Positions 9,730 to 18,868 of a stretch of 64,000 nucleotides of DNA are shown in pieces. Positions within the stretch are counted from its first letter, which is position 1; every line of letters starts with the position of its first letter. The translations under genes were made by a program, and so were the position numbers. The DNA is from Bacteroidales bacterium. GTDB lineage: Bacteria; Bacteroidota; Bacteroidia; Bacteroidales; Porphyromonadaceae. Location of the stretch: contig SFHG01000001.1 in NCBI GenBank assembly GCA_004555765.1, positions 20,005 to 84,004 of the forward strand. The letters are read 5' to 3'. Under the pieces are notes generated by a model. It was not told the origin of the DNA. It did not search any database and saw only the letters and a list, made by a program, of their open reading frames with translations.

Positions 9730-10299
9730 ATGAAAACAACATTACTTACTGTCAAGCGAGTTATTCTCGCTACTTTTGTCGTGTTCGGCATCGGACACGG
9801 TCTTTATGCCCAAGACACGCTGAAATCCCAATGGATCGGAGAATTGGGGACGAGAAACGGGGTAACCTATGAGCAACGCCTTAATGATCATTTCCTGATG
9901 AGATACAGCGGAGGGCTTATGGCCAATATGAGGTTGCAACCTTACGGTTACGGGAAGTTTACCGTGGACTTTGAGTACACGGGATTCGCTCCCTATCTCT
10001 CCGTGGGGACGAGATGGTATCCGTTTCCCCAAAAGAATAACAGCGGATTCTTCCTCGGATTGGAAGCGACGTATGCACACAGCGCCTGGAAATTTCTGGT
10101 CGACAAGTCCGACCTGAAATACGACTTGGGATACGAGTTTTATCTGATGCCGAGCGTAGGCTACGTGTACGCGGTTACGGATCGCCTCAATCTCAAGGTC
10201 GCCCTTATGCCTGCAGTCGAACTCTCTTTCAAGAGAGATGGAGAACCCTATTGGGGTCCCAATCTGCGTGGAGACATCGGGGTCACCTACACCTTCTGA
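9730..10299 (+). CDS. Small outer-membrane beta-barrel protein (hypothetical)
   Basis: Signal peptide ..VFGIGHGLYAQ, alternating aromatic/aliphatic strands, and a C-terminal ..GVTYTF ending in Phe. Confidence 0.6.
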   Translation: MKTTLLTVKRVILATFVVFGIGHGLYAQDTLKSQWIGELGTRNGVTYEQRLNDHFLMRYSGGLMANMRLQPYGYGKFTVDFEYTGFAPYLSVGTRWYPFPQKNNSGFFLGLEATYAHSAWKFLVDKSDLKYDLGYEFYLMPSVGYVYAVTDRLNLKVALMPAVELSFKRDGEPYWGPNLRGDIGVTYTF

Positions 10300-10438
10300 T
10301 CGTCAGATGCCGCACAAATAGACAAAGACGATATTCACGAAAAAGAGCGTGTACCAAACGGGGAATTGCAATTACCCCGTCCGGTACACGCTGCTTTTTA
10401 ATAGGTCAAGAATCTCCCTACCGTAGGGACTTCCCCGA

Positions 10439-11479
10439 TTAGAAGAGGAGGGTGCCGGGCGGCGTGGATGAAGAGGGGGCAAGGCAGGAGCCGATGATGG
10501 CGGCATAAGGCGCACAGGACGCCGTCAGCTCTCCGAGCAAATCGAGGGCTTTGTCCGCATCCACAGCGACGAGCAACCCGCCCGAAGTTTGGGCATCGGC
10601 AACGAGATACCGAAGTGGCAGCACGCTGCGGGACGATGGGCGGAAGAAGTCTCCGACGTAACGGATGTTGCGGAAGGCGGCCCCGGGGATGCACCCGGCA
10701 TCCAAGAGGTCGGTGGCTCCGGGGAGAGACGGCACGAGGGACGGCTCAAGGTCGAGGACGACACCGGAGGCTTTCGCGAGTTCGTATCCGTGCCCGATGA
10801 GACCGAATCCGGTGACATCGGTTGCCCCCGTGACCCCGTATTTGGAAAGCACCGCCCCACAGGTATTCAATGCCTGCATTTGCCTCAGAGCATCGTCGTA
10901 GTCCTCCTCGCGCGCCATCTTGAGACGATGTCCGGCGATGAGGACACCGACCCCGAGTTTTTTAGTCAAGATAAGCACTTGTCCGGGCTTGGCTCCGGCG
11001 TTGGTGATAAGCTTGTCGGGGTGGACGGTGCCGAGGACTGCGAGACCATACTGTGGCGTATTATCGTCTATCGTATGTCCGCCCATCGTGAAGGCTCCGG
11101 CTTCGTCGATCGCACTCTGCCCGCCGACGAGGATCTCTTTCAGACCCTCAAGGGGCAGACGGGTGGAGGGGTAGTGCATCAAGTTGAGCACAAGGAGCGG
11201 TTTGCCACCCATAGCGTAAATGTCGCTCAAGGCATTGGCGGCGGCTATGCGTCCGAAGGTATAGGGATCGGAGACCATCGGCGGGAAAAAGTCCGTCGTA
11301 AAAATGAGGGCGACTTCATCGCTAAGCCGGTAGACCCCCGCGTCGTCGTGACCGGAGATACCGACCATCACCTCAGGCGACGAAGGAATGGAGATGCCGG
11401 CAAGCAGCTTGTCCAGAACCGCCGGGTCTACTTTGGCGGAGCAGCCACCGTAGGCCGCTTCTTTCAGCAAATCGATCAT
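10439..11479 (-). CDS. selD: Selenide, water dikinase (selenophosphate synthetase), Cys form
   Basis: N-terminal ..AAYGGCSAKV.. (catalytic Cys plus Lys). PurM-like body ..GHDDAGVY.. and ..ATDVTGFGLIGH... Length is 346 aa. Confidence 0.88.
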   Translation of the reverse strand: MIDLLKEAAYGGCSAKVDPAVLDKLLAGISIPSSPEVMVGISGHDDAGVYRLSDEVALIFTTDFFPPMVSDPYTFGRIAAANALSDIYAMGGKPLLVLNLMHYPSTRLPLEGLKEILVGGQSAIDEAGAFTMGGHTIDDNTPQYGLAVLGTVHPDKLITNAGAKPGQVLILTKKLGVGVLIAGHRLKMAREEDYDDALRQMQALNTCGAVLSKYGVTGATDVTGFGLIGHGYELAKASGVVLDLEPSLVPSLPGATDLLDAGCIPGAAFRNIRYVGDFFRPSSRSVLPLRYLVADAQTSGGLLVAVDADKALDLLGELTASCAPYAAIIGSCLAPSSSTPPGTLLF

Positions 11480-11494
11480 GGCTCCGTCACTCGC

Positions 11495-12103
11495 TTAGGG
11501 GTAGACCACCTTGGAGGCAGACGCAAGGGTTTCGGCGATAGCAAGCATATTGGAGATACGACCGACAGCCAAACGCTCTTTGAGGTGAAGGAAGTCGGTG
11601 CAGAGACCGCAGACAAGGATGTCGACGCCTAAGCTTTCGAGCTTCCGGAGTGCCTCAAGGACGTGGCTTTCCCTGGTGGCAAGGAGGGCACCGGTATTGT
11701 AACAAACAATCTTTTGGGGCAAAGGCTCCACCTCAGCCAGTGCCGTAAGATAGCTTTTGATGAGGGTATGACCGAGCTCGTCGTTGCCGTACCCCATAGC
11801 GTCGTGCGTGAGTACGACGACCGTATTTCCGGGATCTGCAGATGCCGGAGCCGGCGCTCCGGCCGGGGTTACGTTTTCGACCGTCGTCGTGACGGTAACC
11901 GTCAGACGCGTGGTTTCGCCTTCATCCGACTGCGAGACTCCGAACTGCTGGTCTCGGATGAAGTCCATCAAGTTGGAGCAGGAGATGGCGTTGTCGGTGA
12001 GGATCTCGAAGACCGTCTCCTCAGGGTGTTCTTTGAGGGCTTGGCGGAAGAGGATCAAAGGCAGGGGGCAGAGCTTGCCCCGCGTATCTACTAATGTGGA
12101 CAT
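11495..12103 (-). CDS. yedF: Selenium metabolism protein YedF (TusA/SirA-like N-domain + DsrE-like C-domain)
   Basis: N-terminal TRGKLCPLPLILFRQAL (CPxP motif of the TusA fold), a low-complexity linker and a DsrE-like C-terminal half. Lies 15 nt upstream of selD. Confidence 0.7.
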   Translation of the reverse strand: MSTLVDTRGKLCPLPLILFRQALKEHPEETVFEILTDNAISCSNLMDFIRDQQFGVSQSDEGETTRLTVTVTTTVENVTPAGAPAPASADPGNTVVVLTHDAMGYGNDELGHTLIKSYLTALAEVEPLPQKIVCYNTGALLATRESHVLEALRKLESLGVDILVCGLCTDFLHLKERLAVGRISNMLAIAETLASASKVVYP

Positions 12104-12173
12104 AGTGCATATATATTGTCCGGCGAACCGTATCGGGAGTGCGACGGCACGCCTTTTGGGGAAAAATAAAGTT

Positions 12174-13811
12174 TCAGTACAGGGAGAGGGAGCTGCGCCC
12201 CCACGTCTCTCGGTCGAGCTTGCGATACCCTATGGCTTCTGCGATGTGCGCCATACCGACATCTTTCGCTCCGTCAAGGTCGGCAATGGTGCGAGACACT
12301 TTGAGGATGCGGTCATAGGCACGGGCAGAGAGGGAGAAACGGTCCATCGCGGATTTGAGAGCCGAGAGCGCGTCACCCGACACACGGACAAATCGCTGCA
12401 TCATCTGCGGAGTCATCTGCGCGTTGGTGTAGACCCCGGGGAGATCTCGGAAGCGCTCGTTTTGGATTTCGCGCGCTCTGAGGACGCGGGCTTTGATGGT
12501 TGCCGAACTCTCGCCCTTTTGGGTCGAAGAGAGCGCCTCGAAGGGGACGGGAGCTATTTCGCATTGGATGTCGATGCGATCCAAGAGGGGACCGGAGATG
12601 CGCCCCATATAGTTCCGAATCGCGCTCTCGGAGCAAGTGCACTCTTTCAGGGGGTTATTGTAATTGCCGCAGGGACAGGGGTTCATTGAAGCAACGAGCA
12701 TAAAGGCGGCAGGATAGCGGACTTTGTCCCGCGCTCTCGAAATGGTGATGTAGCGGTCTTCGAGAGGCTGACGCATCACTTCAAGGACATTGCGCTGAAA
12801 CTCCGGAAGCTCATCGAGGAAAAGCACGCCGTTGTGCGCCAAAGAAATCTCCCCGGGCTTGGGATAAGCACCCCCGCCGACGAGGGCGACATTCGAGGTG
12901 GAGTGGTGCGGCGCCCGGAAAGGTCTCGTCCTCATCAATCCCGAGTTTGGAGGCAAGACACCCGCCACGGAGTGAATCATCGTCGTCTCAAGAGCCTCCT
13001 CTTTGGTCAGGAGAGGCAGTATGCCGGGCATTCTTTTGGCCATCATCGACTTGCCGGAGCCCGGAGGTCCGACCATAATGATGTTGTGCATACCCGCTGC
13101 CGCCACTTCCATGGCGCGTTTGACGACCTCCTGACCCTTGACATCGGCGAAGTCGAGTCCGGAAGAAAGGACATCCTCACTCTCGTCGTCCATGAGGTGG
13201 TACTCTTCACCCTTCACGCACCGTAATGCGGATCGGTCGCCTCGGACAAAAGCAATGACGTCTCTCAGAGTGGTGCCTGCGAAGACACAGAGACCGTCTA
13301 CGACCGCGGCCTCAAGGGCATTGGCCTCCGGGACGATCATTTCCGTAAAACCATCCCGTGCAGCCTGCATCGCCATAGGGAGTATGCCGTGAATCGCCCT
13401 TATGCTGCCGTCGAGGGAGAGCTCTCCCATGACGATAGTTCGGCTAAGGCTGTCTGTCGGAAAGCTGTGGTTCAGCGCGACGAGGGCGACGGCCAAAGGA
13501 AGGTCGTAGGCCGACCCTTCTTTGCGGAGGTCTGCGGGTGCGAGATTGATGATGTATCGGTGGTTGCGGTACCCGAAGCCCGACTCTGCCATAGCCGCCT
13601 GCACTCTCATCTGACTTTCTTTGACGGCCGCGTCCGGCAAGCCGACGAGCGTAAAGCCCGCGCCCTCCTGAGCCTGGGCTTCGAGGACGACGGTAGAGGC
13701 GTGAATGCCGCTGACGGCCGAAGAGTAGACTTTGACGAGAGCGGGCTTTACCTCTTCATCCGGGGCAAAATCCGGGGACTGCCCGTCTCCGGGGGTGACG
13801 AATTCGATCAT
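12174..13811 (-). CDS. comM: YifB/ComM family Mg-chelatase-like AAA+ ATPase
   Basis: ..INLAPADLRKEGSAYDLPLAVAL.., Walker A MVGPPGSGKSM, ..GVLFLDELPEF... Start chosen at MIEFV (13811) because its ATG overlaps the upstream stop as ATGA. The ORF-track start at 14009 is an extension. Confidence 0.88.
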   Translation of the reverse strand: MIEFVTPGDGQSPDFAPDEEVKPALVKVYSSAVSGIHASTVVLEAQAQEGAGFTLVGLPDAAVKESQMRVQAAMAESGFGYRNHRYIINLAPADLRKEGSAYDLPLAVALVALNHSFPTDSLSRTIVMGELSLDGSIRAIHGILPMAMQAARDGFTEMIVPEANALEAAVVDGLCVFAGTTLRDVIAFVRGDRSALRCVKGEEYHLMDDESEDVLSSGLDFADVKGQEVVKRAMEVAAAGMHNIIMVGPPGSGKSMMAKRMPGILPLLTKEEALETTMIHSVAGVLPPNSGLMRTRPFRAPHHSTSNVALVGGGAYPKPGEISLAHNGVLFLDELPEFQRNVLEVMRQPLEDRYITISRARDKVRYPAAFMLVASMNPCPCGNYNNPLKECTCSESAIRNYMGRISGPLLDRIDIQCEIAPVPFEALSSTQKGESSATIKARVLRAREIQNERFRDLPGVYTNAQMTPQMMQRFVRVSGDALSALKSAMDRFSLSARAYDRILKVSRTIADLDGAKDVGMAHIAEAIGYRKLDRETWGRSSLSLY

Positions 13812-14788
13812 TCCTTTCGTTTTTCCTTCAAGTAAAGTATCAGGCTGTCCCTGTCCCCCGTGCGGTACCGGATGCGGGCGAGGGAATCGACGACCATATA
13901 CTCGGGCAGTCGGACAAGTCCCATCTCGCCGACGAGACGGCTTGCCAAACCGGAGCTGTCGACCGCAGTGTGGTTCTTCTTCGGGTCCACGCCCAAAAGT
14001 TTCCGCCACGAAGCGGGGAGACTGTCTGTGCCGGGCAGGATGAAGTACCGCTGCCGACTCAGCGTATCGAGCGAGCGGATGAACGCGGTGTCTCCGGCGG
14101 ACGCAGACGAGGGGGCGAATATACTGACGACCATCGCCGTGTCCTTGCCCATAACTTTTTGGAGCGATACCGGACGATCCCCTTTCCCGGAGCGATAGAC
14201 AAAGAAGCTGCGGGGAGAGAAGTACTCCGCACTCAATCCCAAGACGGTCATCATCTCGGAGGCGCGAAAAAGCGCCTCCCGGGCCGTTCCTTCGAGAGAC
14301 TCATCACAGGAGCCGAACCGCTCATAAGAGGCGAGGGCGAGGAGTGCCCCGAGGTTTCCCGTCTCCTGGCTCATCAAAAAACGGTCGAGCTCCGGAGTGA
14401 CGCTGTCCCGATGGTTGAGCGTGTACCATTTTTCCAACAGGTGACCTTGGGGCAATCCCTCTGTATGCAGCTCTTCGCCCATTCGTACCCTGACGTCCAC
14501 GGAGTCGGGTATGACGGGCAGGACGATGCGTCCGTTTTCCCTGTCCCGTATAAGGAAAAGGTCGACGGTGTCCCGTCTGAAAGCCACCTTCAAGCGGTCT
14601 CCCACGGCGACGGGATAGCGGGTGACACGTGTCGCTCCGTAGAGGTAGACGTCCAGAGTGTCCGAGTAGAGGTGCGACTCCTGCTCCGCCTCAAAGTCGA
14701 AGATCGGTCCGTCATGCTTCTCCCCGCAAGCCGTCAAAAGCACCAAAAGGCTCCCCAACAGGAGCGGGTATATCTTCATCCTTTTCAT
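13808..14788 (-). CDS. Hypothetical lipoprotein with a probable degenerate thioredoxin-like C-terminal domain
   Basis: Lipobox LLVLLTAC. The C-terminus ..DTAMVVSIFAPSSASAGD.. and ..LVRLPEYMVVD.. aligns by eye with the CXXC and cis-Pro regions of the 5122..6261 protein, but lacks the cysteines. Confidence 0.6.
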   Translation of the reverse strand: MKRMKIYPLLLGSLLVLLTACGEKHDGPIFDFEAEQESHLYSDTLDVYLYGATRVTRYPVAVGDRLKVAFRRDTVDLFLIRDRENGRIVLPVIPDSVDVRVRMGEELHTEGLPQGHLLEKWYTLNHRDSVTPELDRFLMSQETGNLGALLALASYERFGSCDESLEGTAREALFRASEMMTVLGLSAEYFSPRSFFVYRSGKGDRPVSLQKVMGKDTAMVVSIFAPSSASAGDTAFIRSLDTLSRQRYFILPGTDSLPASWRKLLGVDPKKNHTAVDSSGLASRLVGEMGLVRLPEYMVVDSLARIRYRTGDRDSLILYLKEKRKE

Positions 14789-16956
14789 ACTTCTGCCATC
14801 ACGCTATCGAAGATGAGTGCCTCTTCCCACTCCGGGACATCGTACCGTGAGAGGATCTTCAGCAGCTCCGAGAGGGTCTCTTTTTCTTGCTCGAGGTGTG
14901 CTGCTCCGCCTCTCCACTCGCGGAGCTTACGGATGCCCTCTGCCCTTTTGCCGGAGGCCAAGAGTGCGATGCCGTGGTAGAGTGGATCGCTTTCTTGGGC
15001 GTTTTCTGCTTTTTGAAGTGCTTCGTTCTTCCTGCCTTCTTCCAAAAGGAGCCTTATGAGGAATCTCTTGGCATCCCTCTTGCCCGGGATTTCCTCTTCG
15101 AGATAATCTGCCTTGAAGCCCGCCGAAATGGCCTCCTCCGTGCGTCCGAGTTCTTCCAGCATACGGGCGCGTTTGAGGGTAAGGGCATATATCTCGCTCT
15201 CGTCTGCTTCGGCCTCGGCTTTCTCAAGGAAAATCACGGCTTCACCGCGCCTTCCGAGTTCCCTTAGGATATTGGCTTTATTGATGGCGGTGACGGAAGT
15301 GATGCCTTCGTCCTCTATGGCTTTGTCGAGGCAAAAGAGTGCGTCCGTCTTCGCCCCGAGGCGGATATTGGCCACGGCGAGACCGCGCCAGGCTTCCGAA
15401 GAGTCGCTTCCCCACTCTTCCACCAGTCGGGCATAGGTGTAGCCGGCCGAAATGTAGTGCTTTTGGGCTCCGAGGGCACCCGCAAGGTCGAGGTACTCCT
15501 CTTCGTCATAAAGGCAGGGGATCTGCGTGAATGCCCCATCGAGGAGATAAGGCATCGCATCAAAGGGATTATGAAAGCGATCTCCGGCTACAAAGAGGTG
15601 GTAAAAACGGTACGCCCCGAAGATAAAGTCGCGCATCCCGCTTCTCGCATCACGCGCCGGCGGGGTCTGTGACTCAGTCGGGATATCCGCCCCCATCCCG
15701 GCGATCTGAGCCGCTATCGGTCGCCAATCGACCATAAGCCCGTAAGAATAGAGGTCGGAAGAGATGATCTGCCTGCCTTGGAATACGACCGGCTCCAACT
15801 GCCGCATCGTCTCGGCGTTGGAGGCATCGAGGGCGGGGTGCTTGGGATCAAAGAGGAGGAACCAATTGAGCGGTTTGACGAAAAAAGGGTGCATCTTCAT
15901 GTGCACGGCATTATGGTACTCGAGGTCGTGGCTCCGGAAATCTTCCGACCCGAGCCTTGAAACCGCCTGCTCCATCATCCTTCTGAGCTCGGTTTGGCTC
16001 TCGTTGGTCTCGTCCATACTGAGGCTCAGGTTCTTCATACGCTCTGCGAGGTCTTTTCCCGGGACGGAGCCGAGCATATTTTGGACATTTTTGAGGGTAG
16101 GTAAAATCTCCTGGAGGAAGATTCTGTGATCCTCCTTGGTGTCGTAACTGATGTGGCTGTCTATGATGCAATCGTAAATCAGCCTTTTGAGTGCGGGGTC
16201 ATCCTCGATGACGCCTTTGGCTTGAGCCGCAAGCCCGGGGTAAAACCTCAGGATTACCTCCTGATGCCGCCTTGCGGCAAAGAGCATAGCGGCCGTGGCC
16301 GCTCCCTGGGTGGAAGGCAAACCGGAGACACGGGAGGCGTGGAGCAGGAGTCGCATTTTTACGGGGTCGAAAAACTCCATCACGCCTATAAAGAGCGCGC
16401 CGACGATGGCGCGGGAAGCCTCCTTTTCCTCCGTATCCCAGAGTAATCTGCCGAGTGCTTCTTCTGCCTCTTCGGGCAGTTCGATCGTCGTCCAGATTTT
16501 ATTGAAGAGATCCTCGAGAAGTGCGTAAAAAACTTCACTCCTGTCGCCTATGTTCTTTAACCCTACGACCATTCCTCCAAACGTCTCCCACTCAATGCCG
16601 CGGGTGCCGAGGCTGCGGATGAGGTCGGTACGGATGTGGTGCGGGTCACGCAGGATGAGCTGCTCCTCCTCGTCTTTCTGTACACGGGAGTACAGTCTAC
16701 GCCCTATGTCACGGTGGTAGGTCTCGCGCCCGGCATCATCTGCTCCGCTCGCATAGAACCGCATCATGGAGCTGTAGGTCTGCCACAATTCTTCGAGCTC
16801 GTCCCCGTCAAATCGTCCGCTCTCCTTCATCTCGGAGATGAGGAGGGCATACCGCCCCTCCAGTGCCAATTTTTTCCATCTGTCGTGACCGGAGGGAGTG
16901 CTTTTGCGGGTTTCGTCGGAAGGGGTGTAGCGGGGTATGCCCGGCTTTGGGATCAT
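14785..16956 (-). CDS. TPR-repeat protein with a large uncharacterised N-terminal region
   Basis: Start taken at MIPKPGIPRY (16956); the longer ORF runs into intergenic repeats. The C-terminal roughly 220 aa is TPR-like. Its stop overlaps the next ATG as ATGA. Confidence 0.7.
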   Translation of the reverse strand: MIPKPGIPRYTPSDETRKSTPSGHDRWKKLALEGRYALLISEMKESGRFDGDELEELWQTYSSMMRFYASGADDAGRETYHRDIGRRLYSRVQKDEEEQLILRDPHHIRTDLIRSLGTRGIEWETFGGMVVGLKNIGDRSEVFYALLEDLFNKIWTTIELPEEAEEALGRLLWDTEEKEASRAIVGALFIGVMEFFDPVKMRLLLHASRVSGLPSTQGAATAAMLFAARRHQEVILRFYPGLAAQAKGVIEDDPALKRLIYDCIIDSHISYDTKEDHRIFLQEILPTLKNVQNMLGSVPGKDLAERMKNLSLSMDETNESQTELRRMMEQAVSRLGSEDFRSHDLEYHNAVHMKMHPFFVKPLNWFLLFDPKHPALDASNAETMRQLEPVVFQGRQIISSDLYSYGLMVDWRPIAAQIAGMGADIPTESQTPPARDARSGMRDFIFGAYRFYHLFVAGDRFHNPFDAMPYLLDGAFTQIPCLYDEEEYLDLAGALGAQKHYISAGYTYARLVEEWGSDSSEAWRGLAVANIRLGAKTDALFCLDKAIEDEGITSVTAINKANILRELGRRGEAVIFLEKAEAEADESEIYALTLKRARMLEELGRTEEAISAGFKADYLEEEIPGKRDAKRFLIRLLLEEGRKNEALQKAENAQESDPLYHGIALLASGKRAEGIRKLREWRGGAAHLEQEKETLSELLKILSRYDVPEWEEALIFDSVMAEV

Positions 16957-17021
16957 AGAGGTAGGAGTTTTGTATTTATTTTCTTGGTGGAGCGTATCCC
17001 CGTGGGGAATCCGTCCAAATC

Positions 17022-17105
17022 TCGGTACGTGTCTCGCGTGTGCCTCGGTACGTGTCTCGCCACGCGGAGACACAGACCAAAGTTATATTCCCGGTACGGG
17101 TCTCT
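17022..17105. repeat. Cluster of hairpin-family repeat units in the 5' leader of the TPR operon
   Basis: tcggtacgtgtctcgc occurs twice (17022 and 17045), followed by gagacacagaccaaagtt and cccggtacgggtctc. Confidence 0.7.
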
Positions 17106-17136
17106 TCCAAGGGCACTCCGAAGCCGGAGCGCTACG

Positions 17137-17144
17137 CAAATATA
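17137..17144 (-). promoter_or_regulatory. Candidate -7 box (TATATTTG) upstream of the TPR-lipoprotein-comM cluster
   Basis: The reverse strand reads TATATTTG, about 180 nt upstream of the ATG at 16956. The repeat cluster lies in the predicted leader. Confidence 0.35.
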
Positions 17145-17163
17145 CAAAAGCAAGCCTCTTTTT

Positions 17164-17406
17164 TCAAGGGGCGGAAAAGACCCGCATCGGGTCGAGAAGT
17201 ATCACGGCACCCGCCACAATCAGGAGGAGACCCACAGTGCCGTAAAAAAGGCGGGCACCATCCCTGCCGAAATAACTGCGGATCGTGGATGCACTCCGGC
17301 TCTCGAGAAACCAACGGCACCCCGCCACTGCCACCGCAAGCGACAGCAGACCGGGTGCCATAAAGAGAAGGATGGCGACTGCCTTGATGAGGGTGGCGGG
17401 ACTCAT
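17164..17406 (-). CDS. Small hypothetical membrane protein (80 aa)
   Basis: MSPATLIKAVAILLFMAPGLLSLAVAVAG... and GTVGLLLIVAGAVILL give two hydrophobic helices. The longer 136-aa ORF overlaps tsaE. Confidence 0.45.
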   Translation of the reverse strand: MSPATLIKAVAILLFMAPGLLSLAVAVAGCRWFLESRSASTIRSYFGRDGARLFYGTVGLLLIVAGAVILLDPMRVFSAP

Positions 17407-17434
17407 TCTCCTGCCTGTCTGAGACCGGATTCTT

Positions 17435-17914
17435 TCACTCGTCCTCTTTAACGGTATATTTGAAAGAACCGGCATAACGCGCTCCGAGATAGGTGAGCGT
17501 GCGGAGTCCGGGGTCGGAGGGATCCGGATCAATCTGAAGCCTGACGGCATCTTCGGGAAGCATATCGGCGACAACGGCAGGCCACTCCACGAAGCAATAA
17601 TTGTCGCTCTCGAGATACTCGTTCAAACCGATACGATACCCCTCTGCAAGATTGTCGAGGCGGTAGCAATCGATGTGAAAAATGATTCCGTGCCCCTCCG
17701 TGGAATACTCGTTGACAAGCGAAAAAGTGGGACTATTCGTGATCTCTTCCACTCCCAGAAGTCTGCAGAGCTCATTGATGAGGGTCGTCTTTCCCGCCCC
17801 CATAGGCGCGTCAAAGACCCAGACTGGATCCTCTCCAAGACGGTCAAGGAGCATCTGTGCCACATCGCCAAGGTCGTCGAGGCGGTAAGAGATGCTGAAA
17901 GGTTGCTGTACCAT
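17435..17914 (-). CDS. tsaE: tRNA t6A biosynthesis protein TsaE
   Basis: ..VWVFDAPMGAGKTTLINELCRLLGV..NSPTFSLVNEY.. matches the TsaE/YjeE P-loop and SPTF motifs. Confidence 0.88.
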   Translation of the reverse strand: MVQQPFSISYRLDDLGDVAQMLLDRLGEDPVWVFDAPMGAGKTTLINELCRLLGVEEITNSPTFSLVNEYSTEGHGIIFHIDCYRLDNLAEGYRIGLNEYLESDNYCFVEWPAVVADMLPEDAVRLQIDPDPSDPGLRTLTYLGARYAGSFKYTVKEDE

Positions 17915-17939
17915 ACCGATGCCTGTACCTTCCTTTTGC

Positions 17940-18758
17940 TTACAAAATCCGATCGAACTTATCGAGTGCCTCCATCGTCATCCCCGTGGAAGAGAAACCG
18001 CCGTCGTGATAGAGGTTTTGCATCGTCACCTTACGCGTCAGATCGCTGAAGAGCGTCACGATGTAATCCGCGCAGTCGTCCGCATCCGCGTTGCCGAGGG
18101 GCGACATATCCTCTGCCACTCTCAGAAGGCGCGTCATCCCGCTTACGCCGCTGCCCGCCGTCGTCATCGTGGGCGACTGGGAAACGGTATTGATGCGCAC
18201 CTTTTTCTCCTTGCCGTAGATGAGACCGAAGCTCCTCGTAATGCTCTCCAAGAGGGCTTTGGCATCTGCCATATCCGAGTACCCTATGGTCGCCTTTTCT
18301 GCGGCGATGTAGGTGAGCGCCACGACGGACGCACCTTCGGAGAGGGCATCGAGCTTGTGCGCCACGGCAAGCATCTTATGGAAAGAGATGGCAGAGATGT
18401 CGAGTGTCTTCGTGAGGAAGCCGTAGTTGAGCGCCTCATAGGGCACCTCCTTGCGGACGTTGGGACTCATACCGATGGAGTGGAGGACGAAATCAATTTT
18501 TCCGCCCAACGCTTCACCTGCTTCCGTGAAGACCTTCTCCAAGTCCTCGACCGAAGTGGCATCGGCGGCGATGACGTGTGCGCCGGTCTTTTCGGCCAAG
18601 TCCCTGAGTGTCCCCATACGGATGGCCACTTCGGTATTGGAGAGCGCGATGGAGGCGCCTTCCTCGAAGCAGCGCTCGGCTGCTTTCCAAGCGATGGATT
18701 GTTCGTTGAGGGCACCGAAGATGATGCCTCTCTTGCCTTTCAAAAGTCCGTATCCCAT
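17940..18758 (-). CDS. fabI: Enoyl-[acyl-carrier-protein] reductase (NADH)
   Basis: MGYGLLKGKRGIIFGALNEQSIAWK.. plus an SDR-type body. Start taken at the second Met (18758). Confidence 0.85.
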   Translation of the reverse strand: MGYGLLKGKRGIIFGALNEQSIAWKAAERCFEEGASIALSNTEVAIRMGTLRDLAEKTGAHVIAADATSVEDLEKVFTEAGEALGGKIDFVLHSIGMSPNVRKEVPYEALNYGFLTKTLDISAISFHKMLAVAHKLDALSEGASVVALTYIAAEKATIGYSDMADAKALLESITRSFGLIYGKEKKVRINTVSQSPTMTTAGSGVSGMTRLLRVAEDMSPLGNADADDCADYIVTLFSDLTRKVTMQNLYHDGGFSSTGMTMEALDKFDRIL

Positions 18759-18868
18759 ATCTGTATCATTTGTATTTGGTAGGTAATCAATCAAAGAGGA
18801 TACTCCGGGGGAGGAAAGTCCCCCGGAGACATCTCCGGTGCAAAGGTAATCAAAATACCCTTAGCGTA

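Noticed and set aside
10439-16956. Selenoprotein gene (in-frame TGA read as Sec) next to selD
   Set aside because: All genes in the cluster are continuous ORFs with Cys or Ser at candidate redox positions. I saw no pair of adjacent same-frame ORFs split by a single TGA. This was a by-eye check only, and it covers only this window.
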